A stretch of DNA of 64,000 bases from a virus. Position 1 is the stretch's first letter; each line of letters starts with the position of its first letter. The translations under genes were made by a program, and so were the position numbers. Shown in pieces: positions 48,479 through 58,917 of the stretch. The notes beneath the pieces were generated by a model. It made no database searches. It worked only from the letters and a program-made list of their open reading frames with translations, and was not told the origin of the DNA. The stretch lies in the IMG/VR virus record IMGVR_UViG_3300027972_000007, positions 32,001 to 96,000 of that record; one strand, 5' to 3'.

Positions 48479-49357
48479 CTATAATTTGATTAGTTTTTCT
48501 ATCTTTTCTTTAATATTTTGAACTGTAAATCCATATTCTTTATCATGTTCTTCTTTAGTACCATATTTATTTGAAAATATTAACGGCATTCCAATATAAT
48601 CAATTACTATTGGTTTTGGATAAACTGCTTTCATTATTTTAGTTGATAATGATCCTTCATAAAATGGCTCACAAATTAAAAATTTATTAGAATTTAAAGA
48701 ATGTAATATTTCAAAATCAAAAGGTTTTAATGTAGTATAATATATTATTTTTACTGATAAATCTTTTGTTGCTTCTATTACCATATCTAAAATATTACCA
48801 GTTACTATAATACTCACATCTCCAGTATTTTTAATTAAATTAGCTTCGCCAAAATTAACAATATTATCAAAACTATTTTTGTAATCACTCAATCTAAAAA
48901 ATGTTGGGAAACCATTATTATAACTTTGGTGAAAAAGTGTATCAAATTCTTTACTGGTTCCAGGAACTACAATTTGCATATTTGGCAAATTCATTAATAT
49001 GCCAACATCTTCAGGACAATGATGAGTGGAGCCTAATGAAGCATAATCGTAAGAAGAACCAACCCCAACAAAATTACCATTTAATTTTTGGTAACAAAAA
49101 TCTAATTTCAATTGTTCAAATGCCCTATCAATCATAAATGGAGTTATTGTATGAACTATTGGAATGAAATTAGTTAAAGATAGACCTGCAGCAACAGAAA
49201 CCATAGATTGTTCGAGTATACCAATATTATATGTTCTATTAGGATAATCTTTAAAACAATTTCTAAATCCAAAGACGCCAATATCACCCAAAAGAAGAAC
49301 TATTTTTTTGTCTTCTTTCATTAATGATTCGACTGTTTTAATAAATTGTTTACGCAT
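48479..49357 (-). CDS. Transketolase-like, C-terminal (pyrimidine-binding) subunit
   Basis: MRKQF start; NIGILEQSMV, RAFEQLKLD, LGSTHH..ED motifs. Confidence 0.9.
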   Translation of the reverse strand: MRKQFIKTVESLMKEDKKIVLLLGDIGVFGFRNCFKDYPNRTYNIGILEQSMVSVAAGLSLTNFIPIVHTITPFMIDRAFEQLKLDFCYQKLNGNFVGVGSSYDYASLGSTHHCPEDVGILMNLPNMQIVVPGTSKEFDTLFHQSYNNGFPTFFRLSDYKNSFDNIVNFGEANLIKNTGDVSIIVTGNILDMVIEATKDLSVKIIYYTTLKPFDFEILHSLNSNKFLICEPFYEGSLSTKIMKAVYPKPIVIDYIGMPLIFSNKYGTKEEHDKEYGFTVQNIKEKIEKLIKL

Positions 49358-49852
49358 TATTTTTCCGATATGTTTGTCAGTTTTTTTCCACATCTTTTAC
49401 AAAGACTATTTTCTTTAGCGCAAGAAGGACATGGCTGATTAACCCAACCAGCCCAATATCTACCATGTTTTTCGCACAAACCATCGCCTCGAATGGACGG
49501 AATTTGCCATTTCTTTTTACATCTATCACAAATAAGTTCTATACCCATTTTATCCTATTTCATTTTAGTCTTCAGCGCATCTGCGGTCTGTGGCGCGATC
49601 TTTTTCTGAGCATTTTCGCAAATAGTACAAACATCAGATTTAAAACTACCCCACAAAGAACATAAATCGTGAGCTTTAAGCCAAGCACAAATTGCGGGTT
49701 GTGTGTAATTTGCATAAGTAAATCTTTCTAACATATATTCGCAAGCAGCATTCCAATATTCTGTTGCTTCCGGTTCTCGACCTTGGGAAAACAAACAATA
49801 ATCACGAAAATCTTCGGGTGATGTAGATGCCATATACTCTCCTCCTTAACAA

Positions 49853-50398
49853 CTATTCCAAATGTTTTGTGTATAATCCTAAATCTAAACCCTGTTCTTG
49901 TGCTATATAATTAATAAAATCAACTAATATAGCATCGATAGTATTTTGAGAAATTCTTTCGCCATTATAATTATTCATATGTTTATTTTGCTTTATTGAT
50001 TTCAATACTCCCTGTTTTCTATAATCATTTAAACAATTTTCTAATAATTTGCATAATTTTCCTTTAGTTAAAATATTATCATATTCTCCATCGGGTTCTG
50101 TGGTATGTTGGCCCGAGCAATCATTTTCTCGAAGTTGTGAAATACAATCAGTAATAACTATTCTTGCTTCAAGTACAGTTGTCGGTACAATATAATGTCG
50201 TGCATCAATTTTATTAATTTCCATTTCGATATTGTCCAGTAATTTTGTTGTGGTAGTATTAATGCCAATAGTTTTACCTGTGAGGGCAAGGTATTCTTTT
50301 TTATTATGTTCATCACACCGAGTATCGAATGCGTCATTTCGATAGATAACTTTATTACATATTTCGCAATTAAGAGTATATACTGGTTTATTTTCCAT
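49853..50398 (-). CDS. Hypothetical protein
   Basis: Inserted with other small ORFs between the transketolase halves. Confidence 0.55.
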   Translation of the reverse strand: MENKPVYTLNCEICNKVIYRNDAFDTRCDEHNKKEYLALTGKTIGINTTTTKLLDNIEMEINKIDARHYIVPTTVLEARIVITDCISQLRENDCSGQHTTEPDGEYDNILTKGKLCKLLENCLNDYRKQGVLKSIKQNKHMNNYNGERISQNTIDAILVDFINYIAQEQGLDLGLYTKHLE

Positions 50399-50409
50399 AA
50401 AAATTCCTT

Positions 50410-51237
50410 TTAATACGTTCCATTTTTATGATCCTCCGCGAGAGAAAACCCCGACCCTCGTGGTCGGGGTAGTTGACTCATTATCATTTCATATTCTTCT
50501 TTACTTGGTATTTTATGATGCCATTCAGGATTATTTTCCATCATTTTACATCTATGTCCCTTAATTGTATTTGCTATAATTGCAACAGGCAAAGTATCTT
50601 TTTTAGTAAAATTTTCAAAACAATTTATAGCATCTTTTATTTCTTTATGATTATGGCCATTTATTTCAAAACTAAACCACCCAAATGAATTAAATTTATC
50701 GACTAAATTATCAATTTCTATTGCTCTATCATTAGAGTGATTATAATCTACAATACAATACAAATTATTTAATTTATGTTGTGCAGCTATTAAAGCACTT
50801 TCCCAGATAGTTCCTTCATTACATTCGCCGTCACCAATTATCACATATACTTTAGCATTAGATTTTTTAATTTTCAAAGCTAAAGCAATTCCAACTGCCA
50901 TAGGAAATCCATGCCCTAATGAGCCAGTAGAACATTCAATTCCGGGTACTTTATTTTTATCGGCATGACCGCCAAATATACTATCATATTTCCCAAAATT
51001 TTCTAATTCGCTTATTTTAAAAAAATGATTTTTGGCTAATATAGCATAATGAGCTAATGCAGCATGTCCTTTACTCAAAATAATTCTATCTCTATTATCA
51101 TTATTAATATTTAATGGATTTATATTGCAATTTGAATAAAGAACATCTAATATATCAAGTACTGATAATGAAGATGGAATGTGCCCTTCTTTAGCATTAT
51201 ATGCCGTTTCAATAATTATTTTTATTAATTCTTTCAT
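50410..51237 (-). CDS. Transketolase-like, N-terminal TPP-binding subunit
   Basis: GHIPSSLS, LSKGHA, STGSLGHG, GDGECNEG..WE, TIKG, WHH motifs. Confidence 0.9.
   Translation of the reverse strand: MKELIKIIIETAYNAKEGHIPSSLSVLDILDVLYSNCNINPLNINNDNRDRIILSKGHAALAHYAILAKNHFFKISELENFGKYDSIFGGHADKNKVPGIECSTGSLGHGFPMAVGIALALKIKKSNAKVYVIIGDGECNEGTIWESALIAAQHKLNNLYCIVDYNHSNDRAIEIDNLVDKFNSFGWFSFEINGHNHKEIKDAINCFENFTKKDTLPVAIIANTIKGHRCKMMENNPEWHHKIPSKEEYEMIMSQLPRPRGSGFSLAEDHKNGTY
50428..50477 (-). mobile_element. Collapsed IS200/IS605-type (IscB-like end) miniature element
   Basis: ATGA|GTCAACTACCCCGACCACGAGGGTCGGGGTTTTCTCTCGCGGAG: GC-rich hairpin in an AT-rich genome. Confidence 0.6.
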
Positions 51238-51491
51238 AATTTTAAGAAAATGATGTACCGCAAAGTAAAACTAAAGCGCCTGTCCAACCACAAATAGAAC
51301 AAAACCAACCCAATTTTTCTTCTGCAATACATATTTTATATATTGAAGAAAGTAACACGAAAATATTTAATATCAATAAAAATATAGACATATAAATGAA
51401 CTCCTAAATTAATATTTTATTTTTTAATTGAGTAGAATACCAAAAATGATATTCTACCCTTTAGAACAGTCATAAACAGGAGAGAAAATGA

Positions 51492-51878
51492 CTATTCTTT
51501 TTCGACTTTTTCTGCTTTATTTGGCTTTAATTCATCTAACCATTCATTGGCTATACCAATTATTTTGTTTGGTATTTTTTGAATCTCTTCGTTATTAACA
51601 ATTTTTGGTACAATAATAATTGCAGACATTTCTTTTGTTGATGGCATAAGAATGCCAATTAATAGAATAATACTTCCTAATATTCCAATAAGAACTGGTT
51701 TCGTTTTTTTAGCATGCGTGTTATAATATTCACTATAATCAATCATATTTTCGCTGGCAGAAATTCCACAAAATAACATCACACCTGCGGCATATAATAA
51801 CATTAAAGTTCCTAAAACACCAAATAAATGTGAAAGAGCATCCAATTTCAACAAACAATAAATCTGAAATGCATTCAT
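51492..51878 (-). CDS. Membrane protein
   Basis: Two hydrophobic helices; PSTKEM...I.PKI. Confidence 0.65.
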   Translation of the reverse strand: MNAFQIYCLLKLDALSHLFGVLGTLMLLYAAGVMLFCGISASENMIDYSEYYNTHAKKTKPVLIGILGSIILLIGILMPSTKEMSAIIIVPKIVNNEEIQKIPNKIIGIANEWLDELKPNKAEKVEKE

Positions 51879-52502
51879 ACAAACTCCTTTGTTACATACA
51901 AAATTCAATACCTAATTTATTTTTTGAACAAATTTTAAAAAAATCTTTTAAAAGATAATAGTATTTATCTTCTATTTTATTCTTTAAAATTTGTTTATAA
52001 CAATACTCGACTTCGAGACTATTTAATTTCCTGCCCGGATAACTATCAATTTTCACAATATTATTTAAAATATTGATACAATTTTCAATATTAATAATAG
52101 CAATATTAATTAAACAATCTATATTATATTTTTCTAACATTTTTTTATAAGAATTTTGAAATTGTTTTCTTAACATGCTATCAACCAACATTCTTTTATA
52201 TCTTTTTGTCCAGAAGTTAGTTTTGAGCAATTGAGAATTTTTCGTTGCTTTTATTAACCACATTTTGCCATCCAGCAAAAGAAATTGTTAAACATTTTTT
52301 ATCATGATTAGCATGAATATTTACTGCTATTTTTTTAGCTGCAGCAGAATTTCTAATGCTGCATCTTTTTTTATGTATAATTTTTTGGTTTGATAAATCA
52401 AATGGGCAGTCAAATGGCCTGCCATTGACTATATCTTCCCACGGGTATTTGCGTTGCATATAACTCCTTTATTTTAAAAAATTTCTTCAATATTTAATTC
52501 AT

Positions 52503-54422
52503 TTACATATTAATCATCTTAAAAAAATCACTTTCACTTAATATTTCCACTCCCAATTTTTTAGCTTTTTGGGTTTTAGAACTTACTGAATTAGGATCTG
52601 CCACAACCAAATAACTTAATCCTTTTTTAACTGATACTTCAACCACGCCGCCGTTTTCTAAAACAATATCCCACATATTTTCACGGGTTAATCTTTTTCC
52701 GTCTTCGCATCGCTGTATTGCACCAGTAAAACAAAAGGATTTTCCTTCTAAATTATTATTCATAGCCTTTTTTCTTTCTATTTGTTTAATGGTAATAACT
52801 TTCAATAATTTTTCAATAATAATTTTTTTATCATTCAATCCATTTATAATCTGATCTGCAGTTTTTTCGCCAATTCCTGATATTTTTACTAATTCTTCTT
52901 TTGATAAATTTTGTATTTTATCAATAGTATCATAACCAGATTTAATAATAGATTCGGCAGTTTTGCCCGAAAAATTTGGCATATTCAAACCAGAAATAAA
53001 TTGCGGAATTGTGATTTCTTTTTTCGAATTAATATTTTCGAGAAGTTTATTGGTTGATCTTTCACCCATTCTTTCAAGTTTTAGAATATCTTCTTTTTTC
53101 AAAGTATATAAATCTGCAGGATCTTTAATTAAAGAATGTTTATATAATTGTTCTATAATTTTATCGCCAACATCCATAATTTCAATACTGTTAATCCATT
53201 TATTAATATTGCCCAGCATCAATCCGTCACATTTCGGGTTTTTGCAAACTAAATATTCTCCTTCAATGGTTGTTTTATCATTACATATTGGACAATATAT
53301 AGGAAATTCAATTTTTTTACTTTTTTCGTCTGAAAATATTACTTTTTCGAAGTATGGAATTACATCATTGGCTCGTTTTATTTGGACTTTATCATTATAT
53401 CTCAAATTATGAACTAGAAATGTGTTCACATTATGTAATGTTACATGAGTAATATTTACTCCGCCGCAAGGAACTTTTTCTACAATTGCAACAGGTGTTA
53501 TTCTTCCAGAATTTCCTAAACTCCATTCAACATCTAACAACGTAGTTTCGGCGCTCATAGCTTCAAATTTCCATGCAATTGCTGCTTTTAAATTAGCTCC
53601 AAGAAACCCATGTTTTTCTTGTAACTTAATATTATTACATTTTATGACTAAACCGTCGATGTCATATTTTGTCTTTGCTCTCAAATAATTTTCAAAATTA
53701 TGAAAGATTTCTATAACATGTTCTTTTTTAGCTAATTCATGAAAACAGATTTTAATTTCATTTTTATCAAAAAACAAAAACTTTTCACTTTCCGAATCGA
53801 CATCAATGCCAATAATATCGTAATGAAGCACTGACAAGTATTCCGACCAGTTTCTGTCAAATCTTTTTGCAATACCATTTGCTGCATTGCGAGGATTGGA
53901 AAATTCTTTTTCTTCATTTTCTCTTTTGATTCTATTTATTTCTTCAAAATCCTCTCTTAAAAGAAATATTTCTGCCCTTAATGAACCTGTAAAATTTGGA
54001 ATATTCTTTTTCACATTTTTCATTTTCAGAACATTAGATAAAATCATTTCACCTTCTATACCATCTCCTCTTGTTGTTGCTGCTACCAGATTCCCATTTT
54101 TATAATCTAAAGAAAGCGAAGCCCCATCTAATTTATCCATAACCATATAATATTCGTCATTAATTTCATTTGCCCACTTAGTAAATTCTTCAACAGAATT
54201 TACTTTATTGAGCGAATACATAGGAATAGTGTGTTTATATTTTTTCCATTCTGTCATTTCAACATTTGCGCCAATTTGTTTAAGATAAGGATCCTCCGGG
54301 TTTATTTTTCTTAAAATATCTTTATGTATATCATATTCTTTATCACTCATTGTAGAATTTGATAAATTATAATATGCATTATCAGCTGCTATAAGAGTAT
54401 TCCTGATTTCATTTACGTTCAT
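52503..54422 (-). CDS. ligA: NAD-dependent DNA ligase
   Basis: AYY...SDKEYD, KLDG, TRGDG..GE, NPRNAA, DGLVIK, zinc finger, HhH, BRCT. Confidence 0.95.
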   Translation of the reverse strand: MNVNEIRNTLIAADNAYYNLSNSTMSDKEYDIHKDILRKINPEDPYLKQIGANVEMTEWKKYKHTIPMYSLNKVNSVEEFTKWANEINDEYYMVMDKLDGASLSLDYKNGNLVAATTRGDGIEGEMILSNVLKMKNVKKNIPNFTGSLRAEIFLLREDFEEINRIKRENEEKEFSNPRNAANGIAKRFDRNWSEYLSVLHYDIIGIDVDSESEKFLFFDKNEIKICFHELAKKEHVIEIFHNFENYLRAKTKYDIDGLVIKCNNIKLQEKHGFLGANLKAAIAWKFEAMSAETTLLDVEWSLGNSGRITPVAIVEKVPCGGVNITHVTLHNVNTFLVHNLRYNDKVQIKRANDVIPYFEKVIFSDEKSKKIEFPIYCPICNDKTTIEGEYLVCKNPKCDGLMLGNINKWINSIEIMDVGDKIIEQLYKHSLIKDPADLYTLKKEDILKLERMGERSTNKLLENINSKKEITIPQFISGLNMPNFSGKTAESIIKSGYDTIDKIQNLSKEELVKISGIGEKTADQIINGLNDKKIIIEKLLKVITIKQIERKKAMNNNLEGKSFCFTGAIQRCEDGKRLTRENMWDIVLENGGVVEVSVKKGLSYLVVADPNSVSSKTQKAKKLGVEILSESDFFKMINM

Positions 54423-54496
54423 TATTTTTTCTCCTATTATGTTTATTTTCTTTCTTATTATAATATATATTAAATTTCAATAAAAGTCAAGAACTA

Positions 54497-54895
54497 TTAT
54501 ATATTAAGTAAATTTAAATTCATTTCACATATCATATTTGTTCTTTTATCAGAACGAAATATCATTTTTTCTATTTTTAATTTTGTTTTATCTTCAGCTT
54601 CAACGATATAATAAGATATATCCTTCGCTATATCATAAGGAAGCAATTGCTCTAATTGGTTTTTTGAAAATAATTTATAAGTAACTCTATTTTCAAATTT
54701 TTTATCAGTTAAACGAAAAAGCAAATTATCAATTCTTTTTCTTACTATTTTTAGTGCTTCTTTTTTCGAAAAAATATCAGCTTTTAAAAATGGTTTAGCA
54801 TACGCCATCAATAAATTATTATCGTGCTTTTGAAACATAACAGTATATTTAGGTACTGAATTGCCATCTCTTCCATGAAAAATAATTTCTTTCAT
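54497..54895 (-). CDS. Hypothetical protein
   Basis: Last gene of the NAD operon; GGAG RBS. Confidence 0.6.
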   Translation of the reverse strand: MKEIIFHGRDGNSVPKYTVMFQKHDNNLLMAYAKPFLKADIFSKKEALKIVRKRIDNLLFRLTDKKFENRVTYKLFSKNQLEQLLPYDIAKDISYYIVEAEDKTKLKIEKMIFRSDKRTNMICEMNLNLLNI

Positions 54896-54907
54896 ATCGT
54901 CTCCTTT

Positions 54908-55504
54908 TTATTTGTACAAATTATGTTTATTAATATAATTAGCTACATTCTTTGATACTAATTCTTCGAACTCAATATTATGTTTAATATTTTCTCTTAT
55001 TTTTGTACTAGAAATATTGAAAATTATTTTTTTATATACTTCAAAATTAGAAGATAATTCTCTATTAATATGATACTGATCCCTTCGTATAACTAAAAAA
55101 TCAAATTCCTTCATCAATCGAACACCTTCGTACCATTTCGATTCTATTTCACACTTCCCGTTTTTCTGAAATATTAAATCAGATCCAATTATAAATTTCA
55201 ATTTAGTCTGATGAAATTCTTCTTTTAATTGTCTTAACATTAGAATCGAAAAAGTATTTGTTGAATAAACATTATTGTAACGAATAATAAATTCAGTTTT
55301 ATAATTAAAATCTCTAAATTTTCCGAATGCTAATTCAGACATATTTACTCTATGATCAGGACAAACATATTTTTTATCATTTCTTTCTCCTGATAAAATT
55401 AAAATAATTTTTTCGAATACTTCGTCGTCCATTAAATTTGATATTAATGCTTCGTGACCTATATGTGGAGGATTTGCAGAAATTCCTAATATTCCTATCA
55501 TCAT
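54908..55504 (-). CDS. nadD: Nicotinate-nucleotide adenylyltransferase
   Basis: SANPPHIGH, R..M, IIGSD, ISSTKIR motifs. Confidence 0.9.
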   Translation of the reverse strand: MMIGILGISANPPHIGHEALISNLMDDEVFEKIILILSGERNDKKYVCPDHRVNMSELAFGKFRDFNYKTEFIIRYNNVYSTNTFSILMLRQLKEEFHQTKLKFIIGSDLIFQKNGKCEIESKWYEGVRLMKEFDFLVIRRDQYHINRELSSNFEVYKKIIFNISSTKIRENIKHNIEFEELVSKNVANYINKHNLYK

Positions 55505-56331
55505 TCACCATCCCATGAAAAAATATTTTCTCTCGAAAAATTATATGGATTTTTTCTTTTAAATTCTGAATTAAAATGTCGTTCAACTACCGCATCTGGA
55601 AGAAAAAAACTATCTGTTTCAATATAATTTTGCAAAATTTTATCAACTTCTTCATATGCATTTCTACAATTTTGAAACTTTTTATTCCAGTTTGGCATTA
55701 TTTGGTCTAAATCAGAATTTGTTATACCTAATCCGTCAGTGGGAATTGCATCAATGCAATCTTTTAATCCTTCTGAATGATTAATAGAATATAAATATTC
55801 TGATAAAGTATAAACTTCAGTTTTCCAAAGTGATTGAATCATACCCAAATCACCCACATCGCCATGCAAAGTCCAAAATCCAAGCAAATATTCTGTATAA
55901 TTATCGGTAGAAAGAACAAGACCTTTTTTATCGCCTGCAATCCAATATAAATATTTCATTCTTATTCTAGCCTTTAAATTTCCTTGGGCTATTTTTGACA
56001 TTATAACATATTCTGAAACTTCAAAAACTCTCTTTTCTTCTAAATATAAATTTGTTAAATCTGCTTCTGCAAAACTTGTGCATAATTCATAACCTACCAA
56101 TCTTGCTCTTTTAATTTCATCATCTTTATTAGTTTCAATTGGTATACTTCTCCCTATTAAAGGAATATTCAATTTATCGCAAACTGGTTTTGCTATTGCA
56201 CAACATAATGCACTATCAATTCCGCCACTAACTCCAATAACCAAACATTTAATATGATGCTGTTCAATATAATTTATTAATTCTTTTCTAATATTGAATG
56301 TTAATTTTTGCATATCAATAAAAACATTCAT
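55501..56331 (-). CDS. nadE: NH3-dependent NAD synthetase
   Basis: GVSGGIDSA, GNLKARIRM, E..LGFWT.HGD, KTEVY, PTDGL motifs. Confidence 0.95.
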   Translation of the reverse strand: MNVFIDMQKLTFNIRKELINYIEQHHIKCLVIGVSGGIDSALCCAIAKPVCDKLNIPLIGRSIPIETNKDDEIKRARLVGYELCTSFAEADLTNLYLEEKRVFEVSEYVIMSKIAQGNLKARIRMKYLYWIAGDKKGLVLSTDNYTEYLLGFWTLHGDVGDLGMIQSLWKTEVYTLSEYLYSINHSEGLKDCIDAIPTDGLGITNSDLDQIMPNWNKKFQNCRNAYEEVDKILQNYIETDSFFLPDAVVERHFNSEFKRKNPYNFSRENIFSWDGE

Positions 56332-56339
56332 AATTTAAC

Positions 56340-58019
56340 TCATTTCATTGTTACATAATATAATTTTTTATCATCAACAAACAGTACTTGCATTTGTTCG
56401 TTATATAATCTTACTGATGCATCAAAAGGACAATTTGTTATTTCTTTTCTTTTTATATTGTCAATAAATATTATCAATTTTTCATCGTCAATAGAAATAC
56501 AATAATTATTTGGTAAAACAATAAAATTCGATAAATGAAAATTTAAAATATCTTCTACCCTTATTGTATACTTTGAATGATCTGCATTAAAACAAATAAA
56601 AAATCTTAAATATTTATTTAGTTTTTCCGCAATTACAATACAAATTCTTTTATCATATTTAGCGTCTACAATTCTGTATCCATCCAATTCTTTAACATGA
56701 ATATTTACACATTTATCTTTTTCAAATGGAATTGCTAAATGACAAACCATAAAATCATCCTGAACGACTACTCCTTTAAACATTTTATATGATGAACCAA
56801 TATTGCAAATATTCTTTGTCATATGAACGATTTTACCAATACGTTCAAAAGTATTTTCTATGAGATGATTATTATTTATTGTATAAAGAATATTATTATA
56901 CCCCATCATATCTTCTGCTTGTATTGAACTAATATTACTACCATTTAAATCATAAAATGTTGCTAAATTATCTATTAATTGAACTACAAGAGGTTTGTCA
57001 TTAAAAACTTCGCACATTCCAGTCAAAAATGATTTTGCAGATTTTTTTATTGCAAAAACATTTTTATTATTATCATAAATTCCTTCTGATGTTAAAATAT
57101 AACGTTTATTATTTAAATAAAAAATACTTCTTATCTGTTTTTCCATTTCAACAATTTCTTTTATGATAAAATCATCAGAACTTCCAATCTTTCTAGTTAT
57201 AATTCCAGAAACAGTATCGTCTGCGAATGGAGGTATTGATCTTTCATTTTTTTGAAATACTAATTTATACCAATCTAATTGTGCTTTAGGAATAACTGAA
57301 AAATCCTGGCATATTTTAGGAAGAATTACATCTTTATCAAAAACTGAAATTCCTAAATCCATCCTTTTACTCCATTCGTCGGGCTTAAATTTTGGGTGTT
57401 TACCTTTATAAGGATGGATTCCAGTATACATCTGAAACGTAACAACAGCCCATGCAAACCAATCAGATAATTCTGTAAATTTATCTGTCGTTCTGTCTCG
57501 TATTGATTCCATAATTGCATTAACTTTAAAATTTTTTGTCTGCCACGAATCAACATCAATATGAAAAACTGTTGTTATCATCTTATCAAGAAGAAAATTC
57601 ATTTCATTATAATCAACTACTAAAATTTTATTATCATGAATATACTGTAACGTTTTTTGCATTTCTGTTATTAATGAAACAATATTTGTCTGATTTATTC
57701 CTTTACTGTCTTTGAAATTTTTTGTAAAAATTTGACAAAGAAATTCAATATCTTTGACAAATTTCATAGTAAATCCTATAGGTTTATTTGTCGTATAATC
57801 ATATAATGTAGATATTGGACCTAAAATATTATCGCGTTTCAATTCACTTAATTCTTGAATTTTAGCTTCTGGTATCATTTTTTGTGGGTCGTGGTATATT
57901 TTATACGCTAAATCTCCCTTACAAAAAACAACTCCCTGCCCACCTGCTGCTTTATATTCTTTTTCAGTAAGAGTTATGATATTTTTTTTATCGGTGACTT
58001 TGTATGTTGTTTTATTCAT
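56340..58019 (-). CDS. Ser/Thr-type protein kinase (TerY-P triad-like)
   Basis: GGQGVVF, AYKIY, VVDYNEMN, IDVDS, DWFAWAVV.FQMYTGIHPYKG motifs. Confidence 0.8.
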   Translation of the reverse strand: MNKTTYKVTDKKNIITLTEKEYKAAGGQGVVFCKGDLAYKIYHDPQKMIPEAKIQELSELKRDNILGPISTLYDYTTNKPIGFTMKFVKDIEFLCQIFTKNFKDSKGINQTNIVSLITEMQKTLQYIHDNKILVVDYNEMNFLLDKMITTVFHIDVDSWQTKNFKVNAIMESIRDRTTDKFTELSDWFAWAVVTFQMYTGIHPYKGKHPKFKPDEWSKRMDLGISVFDKDVILPKICQDFSVIPKAQLDWYKLVFQKNERSIPPFADDTVSGIITRKIGSSDDFIIKEIVEMEKQIRSIFYLNNKRYILTSEGIYDNNKNVFAIKKSAKSFLTGMCEVFNDKPLVVQLIDNLATFYDLNGSNISSIQAEDMMGYNNILYTINNNHLIENTFERIGKIVHMTKNICNIGSSYKMFKGVVVQDDFMVCHLAIPFEKDKCVNIHVKELDGYRIVDAKYDKRICIVIAEKLNKYLRFFICFNADHSKYTIRVEDILNFHLSNFIVLPNNYCISIDDEKLIIFIDNIKRKEITNCPFDASVRLYNEQMQVLFVDDKKLYYVTMK

Positions 58020-58861
58020 GATTTAGTAAATACTTGTTTGTTAAAAATTGTAGAAATTGAAACATCGTCATAATGTGTCCACAAATTCTCTATTGATTTT
58101 TTAAAAAATGACATTCGTTTTTTAATAAACTCGCCCGTTGTTGATTTAAAATTTATAATTTGAGGAACAATTTTAGAAATTTCTATTGAATTTTTATTTA
58201 AATCTCTATATGAACAAACACCATCAGAACAAATTGTTAAAGAAACAAAATCTTCCGCGTATTTTGAATGAAAAATATATGGCGTGAAAAATTCAAATTC
58301 TTCATATTCTTTTTCTATTTTTGAATCAAAACCCGAAATATGCGTTATTTCATAATTAACTTTTGGAACGATTGATCGATTAATTAGTGCGTCTGAATAA
58401 TCATCTTTATTTGTTGACAAATAAAATGGCATATTATTTGGATAATCTATTTTTGTTATTTTAATATTATTATTTTTATCTTTTAAAATTACCAGCCCGT
58501 CTCCCCAAGCAAAAACATAAATATCATTTTCTATTTGTAGTGAAATAAGCAATGTAGCTTGTAATGATAATGAAGAAACTGAATATAATTTATGTAAAAC
58601 GTCTGCTCTTTTTAAAATACTATTACCCAATAATCTAGATAATGTTTGTTCTGAACACTCTTTAAACAAACCGGCTTTATAATAAAGTATTAAACAGCAT
58701 TTTGCTGCATGGCATAAAATTTGAGCCCCAATTTCAGAATATTCTGCTGACGAACACCCATCAGAAATAATTCCGTATGTCATTTTATCTACAGTTCCAT
58801 GCAATACATAATCTTGGCAAACTAAATGTGAATTGCCAATTTCAGAATATGAATCAATCAT
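58016..58861 (-). CDS. PP2C-like phosphatase
   Basis: G.SH..CQD, SDGCSS, ATL, GDG, SDG, DDVS motifs. Confidence 0.85.
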   Translation of the reverse strand: MIDSYSEIGNSHLVCQDYVLHGTVDKMTYGIISDGCSSAEYSEIGAQILCHAAKCCLILYYKAGLFKECSEQTLSRLLGNSILKRADVLHKLYSVSSLSLQATLLISLQIENDIYVFAWGDGLVILKDKNNNIKITKIDYPNNMPFYLSTNKDDYSDALINRSIVPKVNYEITHISGFDSKIEKEYEEFEFFTPYIFHSKYAEDFVSLTICSDGVCSYRDLNKNSIEISKIVPQIINFKSTTGEFIKKRMSFFKKSIENLWTHYDDVSISTIFNKQVFTKS

Positions 58862-58917
58862 ATTTTCTCCTAAATATAGGTCTTTATATTCCTATAAAAA
58901 CCCATATAAATTTCGTA

